This document shows, piece after piece, positions 59,283 through 64,000 of a stretch of DNA of 64,000 bases. The notes beneath the pieces are model-generated. The model saw nothing but the letters and a program-made list of their open reading frames with translations. It was not told the DNA's origin and did not search any database. This DNA is from an uncultured Gemmatimonadales bacterium (GTDB taxonomy: Bacteria; Gemmatimonadota; Gemmatimonadetes; Gemmatimonadales; GWC2-71-9): the NCBI GenBank assembly GCA_963728915.1, contig CAVSLV010000001.1:288001-352000 (forward strand), given 5' to 3'. Position 1 is the stretch's first letter; each line of letters opens with the position of its first letter. The position numbers and the translations under genes were made by a program.

Positions 59283-60835
59283 CGCGCTTCGAGCACTTCC
59301 CGGACCGCCTGGCTCAGCTCGTCCATGGTGACCGGCTTCCGGAGGACCCGGCAAATACCGGAGTCTCGCAGGCGCTGTTCGTCCATATCGTCCACGAATC
59401 CCGTCAACAGGATGATCCGAACGTTCGGCCTGACCTGATAGAGGGTTCGGGCCAGGTCGAGCCCCGTCATGTGAGGCATGGTGAAATCCGTCACCACCAG
59501 GTCGATGTCTTCCGAGTGCTGGGTGAAGTGGGCCAGCGCCTGGCGGGGGTCGGTGAATTCCGCGACCCGGTAATTGAGCATGATCAGACGGCGTGCCCCG
59601 ATCCGTGCGAGGGAGGGTTCGTCGTCGAGGAACAGAATGTTCTCACCCTTGCCCTGGGTTCGTGCGGCATGGGCTGCCTCGGTCGCCGCGGCTTCCGTTT
59701 CGAGCAGGGGAAAGAAACAGCGGATTTCGGTGCCCTGTCCCACTTCGCTCTCCAGCGCCACGACCCCATCGTGGTCCTGCATGATCGCGTGCACCATCGC
59801 GAGGCCGAGCCCGGTGCCCTCACCGACCGGCTTGGTGGTGAAGAATGGCTCGAAGACCCGGGAGCGGTGGGCCGGGTCGATGCCCGCTCCGGTGTCCCGC
59901 ACCTTGAGCAGTACATAGGGGCCCTCGCGGAGCCCGGGATTGGAACGCGCCATGCTGTCCCGCACGTACAGCTCCTCGAGGCTGATCGACAGGGTGCCTC
60001 CCTCGGGCATGGCCTGGGCGGAGTTCATCGACAGGTTCATCAGGACCTGGTGCACCGCCGTCTCATCCGCTGAAACCCGGTGAGGAGCGTCGGGGATCTG
60101 GAAATTGACCTCGACGGTCGCCGGGATGCTGGCGCGGAGGAGTTGATGAACCGCATGGACGCTCTTCCGGAGGTCCAGGGGACGCCTGACGCCGGTCTGG
60201 CGCCGGCTGAAGGTCAGAATACGCTCGACCAGTTGTCGTCCCCGCTGAGCTGAGGCGAGCAGCTCGTTGGCATCCGCCGCGATCTCGGGGAGCTTCCTGC
60301 TCGCCGCCAGGATCATCTCCCCATAGCCCACGATCGCTCCGAGGACGTTGTTGAAGTCGTGCGCGATGCCGCCGGCCAGGGTGCCGATGGCCTCCATCTT
60401 CTGGGCCTGGCGCAGCTGCTCCTCGAGGTGTTGTCGGCCCGATTCGGCCTGCTTCCGCGCGGTGATGTCCACGATGGTGGCGAGCACGAACATCCCTTCG
60501 GGGGTGATGACCGGAGTGAGCCCGATCTCCACCGGGACCGCGGTGCCGTCTTTGCGCTTGCCGTAGAGATCGCGGCCGGCTCCCATGGCCCGGACCTGAG
60601 GATTGGCGACGAATCCGGCCCGGAACGCCTCGTGGTGCCGGCGGGCGGAATCGGGCACCAGAAGCTCGACCTGGTGGCCGAGCAGCTCTTCCCGGGAGTA
60701 GCCGAACTGGCGTTCGATCTCCCGGTTCACCAGCACGATCCGCCCGGCCGAGTCGGTCATGAGCAGCCCGCTTGGCGCCGCCTCGACTGCCGCTCGCAGT
60801 CGCTGGTCGACCTGGGGGCCCGACGGGCCGGTCAT
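59279..60835 (-). CDS. PAS-domain hybrid histidine kinase (PAS, HisKA, HATPase, REC; CckA-like)
   Basis: [44 protein letters not shown] and a receiver domain (LDDE, TDFTMP, KP). Alternative start at 60871. Confidence 0.93.
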   Translation of the reverse strand: MTGPSGPQVDQRLRAAVEAAPSGLLMTDSAGRIVLVNREIERQFGYSREELLGHQVELLVPDSARRHHEAFRAGFVANPQVRAMGAGRDLYGKRKDGTAVPVEIGLTPVITPEGMFVLATIVDITARKQAESGRQHLEEQLRQAQKMEAIGTLAGGIAHDFNNVLGAIVGYGEMILAASRKLPEIAADANELLASAQRGRQLVERILTFSRRQTGVRRPLDLRKSVHAVHQLLRASIPATVEVNFQIPDAPHRVSADETAVHQVLMNLSMNSAQAMPEGGTLSISLEELYVRDSMARSNPGLREGPYVLLKVRDTGAGIDPAHRSRVFEPFFTTKPVGEGTGLGLAMVHAIMQDHDGVVALESEVGQGTEIRCFFPLLETEAAATEAAHAARTQGKGENILFLDDEPSLARIGARRLIMLNYRVAEFTDPRQALAHFTQHSEDIDLVVTDFTMPHMTGLDLARTLYQVRPNVRIILLTGFVDDMDEQRLRDSGICRVLRKPVTMDELSQAVREVLEAR

Positions 60836-60923
60836 CGTTAGCCTGGGATGGGTAAGGGGAGCCTGCCGCAACTACTATACTTCACCCGGTTCTTCTTTCC
60901 GTCAAGCACTTTGGAGGCAGGCC

Positions 60924-61556
60924 ATGCGTGGACCGTGGGTAGTGGGTGCGCTTTGCCTTGTGTGGGGCTGTTCCTCGCCGCCCGCCAAGCCTGAAGCAGA
61001 TTCGATCAAGGCCGCGGAACCTGTCCCTTCCACACCTTTGACACCGGACGAAGCCGTGGCGGCCGCCATTTCTCCGCTCCCGGCGCAATATCGGGATAGT
61101 GCCACTGTGATTTCGGTCGATACGGCGGGCAAGACCTCCACTGTGCGGGAAGGGAAAGGCGAGATGATCTGCCTCGCCCCCGATCTCGCCGCGAAGGACT
61201 TTCACGCCGCCTGCTATCACCGGTCCCTCGATCCCTTCATGGCGCGGGGCCGGGAGCTCCGGGCCGCGGGAATCAAGGACGGCGAAGTGGACTCGGTCCG
61301 GTTCCGGGAGATCCGGGCCGGCACGCTCCTGATGCCCAAGGAGCCCGCCGCGCTGTATCAGTATTTCGGAGGGCACTTCGATGCCGCCACCGGCAAGGTG
61401 ATCGGCGCGCAGTCTCTTTACGTGGTGTACATGCCGTTTGCCACGGGGAAGAGCACCGGTCTCTCCGAGAAGCCCACCGACGACGGTCCCTGGCTCATGT
61501 ACCCCGGCACGCCGAAAGCCCATATCATGCTCACCGGGAAGATGTCCTCGCCCTAG
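60924..61556 (+). CDS. Putative lipoprotein, function unknown
   Basis: GGAGG upstream; lipobox-like VWG-C; C-terminal WLMYPGTPKAHIM. Confidence 0.75.
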   Translation: MRGPWVVGALCLVWGCSSPPAKPEADSIKAAEPVPSTPLTPDEAVAAAISPLPAQYRDSATVISVDTAGKTSTVREGKGEMICLAPDLAAKDFHAACYHRSLDPFMARGRELRAAGIKDGEVDSVRFREIRAGTLLMPKEPAALYQYFGGHFDAATGKVIGAQSLYVVYMPFATGKSTGLSEKPTDDGPWLMYPGTPKAHIMLTGKMSSP

Positions 61557-62845
61557 AGGATCAATATCGAGCCGGACACCACGCCGGTCAGGCTGCCGGC
61601 GCTGAATCGCAGCGTGAAGCTTCCCGCCCGATTGATCGAGAGGTTGGTGAAAGTCGCGACCCCGGCGTCGTTCGTGGTCACGGTCAGCGTCCCGCCCAGT
61701 ACCGCATTCCCCGGTCCGCTCTCGATCGCCACTGTTACCTGAATGCCACTCTGATGCACCGGATCCCCGTTCGCATCGCTCACCTGGATCACGGGCTGCT
61801 GGCCCAACGCCACCCCGGCCAGCCCGAGGGATGAAGGCTGCGTGGTGATCACCAGCTGCGTCGCGGTGGCCGGTGGCGGCGGAGGGGGCGGGGGCGGCGG
61901 CGGCGGCGGGGGTGGCGGCGCGGCGCTCACGTCGAAGGTCGCGCTGGTGGCGTCGGTTAACCCGGAAGAAGAGGCGACCAGGGTGTAACCAGTCCCTGCC
62001 TTGTCGAGCGAGAGATCGTCGAAGCTCGCCAGTCCGTTGATCGCCGCGACGGTCAGGGAGCCCGAGAGGAACGCACTTCCCGGGTTGCTGCCCAGCCGCA
62101 GGGTGATCGCCGCCGCGGACGCGGTCACCCGGTTCCCCGCGTTGTCGAGGACCTGGACCGTAACGGCGGGGCTCATCGCCTCTCCCGCTCCCGTGCCCGT
62201 GGGCTGCTGGACGAAAGCGAGTGCGGTCGGGACCGGCTGGCCGGGCGGTGGCGCGGTCACGGTGACGGCGGCGACGCCGGCCACGCCACCGTTGCTGGCG
62301 GTGATCAGGGCCGGTCCGCCCGGTGTGATACCGAGCACGATCCCCGAGGTGGTGACGTCGGCGGTGCCGGGCCGGCTGGTTTCCCAGGTGAAGGTGGCGC
62401 CTTTCACCTCTTTATCGGACGCGTCGTACGCCACCGCCACGAGCTGGGCCGACGAGCCGACCTCCAGCGAGGTCTGGTTCGGGGCCACCACGATACGGGC
62501 GATCGGCTCGGCGCTGATCACGAGATTGGCGCTGCCCGGGACGCCATCCGCAGTGGCCCGGATCGCAACCGGCCCGCCGATACCGAGCGCGGTGACCAGG
62601 CCGGCGGCCGAGACCGAGGCGAGCGAGGGATCGTCGGAGACCCAGGAAACGGTCCGGTTGGTGAGGACGATGCCGCTTTCGGTCCTGGGCGTGGCGGTGA
62701 GCTGGAGCGTTCCTCCGACGATCAGGTTGCCGTTCGCGGGGGCAATGTCCACCCGCGATACCCGCAGCAGATCGCCCACGGTGGAATCGGTGGCGCAAGC
62801 AGAAGCCAACAGTCCGAGAAGGAAGAGCACGCGCCCAGGGCGCAT
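61553..62845 (-). CDS. Lipoprotein with Ig-like (Big_2-type) domains and a poly-Pro linker
   Basis: LASA-C lipobox; two Big_2-like units (TLQLTAT...VSWVSDDPSLASVSAAGLVTA); two further Ig-like modules separated by 16 Pro. Confidence 0.85.
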   Translation of the reverse strand: MRPGRVLFLLGLLASACATDSTVGDLLRVSRVDIAPANGNLIVGGTLQLTATPRTESGIVLTNRTVSWVSDDPSLASVSAAGLVTALGIGGPVAIRATADGVPGSANLVISAEPIARIVVAPNQTSLEVGSSAQLVAVAYDASDKEVKGATFTWETSRPGTADVTTSGIVLGITPGGPALITASNGGVAGVAAVTVTAPPPGQPVPTALAFVQQPTGTGAGEAMSPAVTVQVLDNAGNRVTASAAAITLRLGSNPGSAFLSGSLTVAAINGLASFDDLSLDKAGTGYTLVASSSGLTDATSATFDVSAAPPPPPPPPPPPPPPPPATATQLVITTQPSSLGLAGVALGQQPVIQVSDANGDPVHQSGIQVTVAIESGPGNAVLGGTLTVTTNDAGVATFTNLSINRAGSFTLRFSAGSLTGVVSGSILIL

Positions 62846-62938
62846 CGATAACTCCGGCGTGGCTATGGGTCCCTGTACCGACAGGGACGGCTCAGCCGCG
62901 CCGCGAGTGCACTCCGGATTGGGTTGGCGGGAAACCGG

Positions 62939-64000
62939 TCAGGGGGAAACGGTGATGACGGCTGACGTCGCGGGCGCTAGACCGGTGCCGGCGAATTGCA
63001 GCTGGAACGTTCCAGTACCCGTGATCACCAGGTCAGTGAAGGTGGCAATCCCGTTTGCCGCAGTGATTGCCGTCGCAGTTCCTCCCAGAATGCCGCTTCC
63101 GGTAAGCGTCACCAGCGTCACGGAGATCGAGACGCCAGCCGAGGCCACGGCATTGTTATTCATGTCGCGGAGCTGAAGCGCGGGCTGCGGATTCAACGCG
63201 ACGGCCGTCGTGGCAGTGGTGGCCGGCGCGGTGCTGAACGTCATGTGATCCGCCGTGCCTGCGGTGACAGTGACGCTGTTCGAGTTAGCCGCGGTAAGAA
63301 CAGGGCTCGAGGTGAATTGCAGCACGTAGTTGGTCCCTACCGTACCGGCGAGCGTGAGGTTGGTAAAGGTCGCCACCCCATTCACCGCCGTGACCGTCTG
63401 AGTGCCCCCCAGCGCTCCGCCCGCTCCCGAGAGGATCGCCACCGAGACCTGGGTGGCGTTGTCACTGGTGACCGTGTTGCCGCCGGAGTCCCGGATGAGC
63501 ACCACCGGCTGCGTCGCCAGGTTGCCCCCGCTGGCACCACCCACCGGCTGAGTGGTGATCGCGAGCTGGGTCGCGGCACCAAGCGTGACGGTGACATTGT
63601 TCGAGCCCGTCGCGGTGAGGGCCGGACTCGAGGTGAACTGGAGCACATAGTTGGTGCCCACCACGCCGCTCAAGGTCACCCCGGTGAAGGAAACTACGCC
63701 GCCGCCGGCGGTCCGGGTGAGCGTCCCACCGAGGCTTCCTCCCGCTCCCGAGAGGATCGCCACGGTGACCAGGGTGGTGTTGTCGCCGGTGACCGTGTTG
63801 CCACTCGCGTCCTGGATGGCGATGACCGGCTGGGTGGCCAGGGCCGCGCCACTGGCGCCGCCCACCGGCTGGGTGGTGATCGCAAGCTGGGTGGCCGTAC
63901 CGGCCGTCACCGTCACGTTCCCCGAGTTGACCGGGGTGAGCACCGGGCTGGAGGTGAAGCGTAGCACATAGTTGGTCCCCACCGTGCCCGACAGGGTCAC
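62939..64000 (-). CDS. Ig-like tandem-repeat surface protein, 5' end probably outside the window
   Basis: Frame open to the window edge; ~107-aa Thr/Gly/Val-rich repeats beginning ATQLAITTQP. Confidence 0.85.
   Translation of the reverse strand: MTLSGTVGTNYVLRFTSSPVLTPVNSGNVTVTAGTATQLAITTQPVGGASGAALATQPVIAIQDASGNTVTGDNTTLVTVAILSGAGGSLGGTLTRTAGGGVVSFTGVTLSGVVGTNYVLQFTSSPALTATGSNNVTVTLGAATQLAITTQPVGGASGGNLATQPVVLIRDSGGNTVTSDNATQVSVAILSGAGGALGGTQTVTAVNGVATFTNLTLAGTVGTNYVLQFTSSPVLTAANSNSVTVTAGTADHMTFSTAPATTATTAVALNPQPALQLRDMNNNAVASAGVSISVTLVTLTGSGILGGTATAITAANGIATFTDLVITGTGTFQLQFAGTGLAPATSAVITVSP

Noticed and set aside
62001..63176. 391-aa plus-strand ORF over the Ig-like genes
   Set aside because: Antisense shadow of the minus-strand repeat proteins, with no independent motif.

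Overview
High-GC (about 70% by eye), gene-dense bacterial core-genome segment, almost all on the + strand. Gene content and a GGCGGACA microsatellite suggest Gemmatimonadota (inference, not confirmed). In order: (1) yggS-divIVA-ileS-dksA-like-lspA-rluA-family genes; (2) an unusual tightly coupled signalling cluster: cheW-cheY-cheA-cheC, a TPR-roadblock fusion, a second roadblock, mglB-like, a degenerate mglA-like GTPase, a tandem DnaA-like AAA+ protein, a DUF4388/MshEN/TPR protein, a TPR protein and a membrane HEXXH peptidase; (3) tRNA-Val, an exported helical protein, tRNA-Asp; (4) the dcw cluster rsmH to ftsZ plus an M23 peptidase; (5) a vWA membrane protein, ftsY, recG, an SSS transporter, asnS, a beta-helix/PA14 protein, mazG, alr-deoB-cdd, a lipoprotein and beta-barrel pair, miaB, comEC, fbp, methylmalonyl-CoA mutase large subunit, an esterase and a DinB-like protein; (6) a PAS hybrid kinase, a lipoprotein and Ig-like repeat surface proteins. 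I saw no mobile element, prophage or CRISPR array. The best candidate for an undescribed system is the receptor-less Che / Mgl / DnaA-like / c-di-GMP cluster at 6076-16556. All family calls come from motif recognition by eye; no searches were run.
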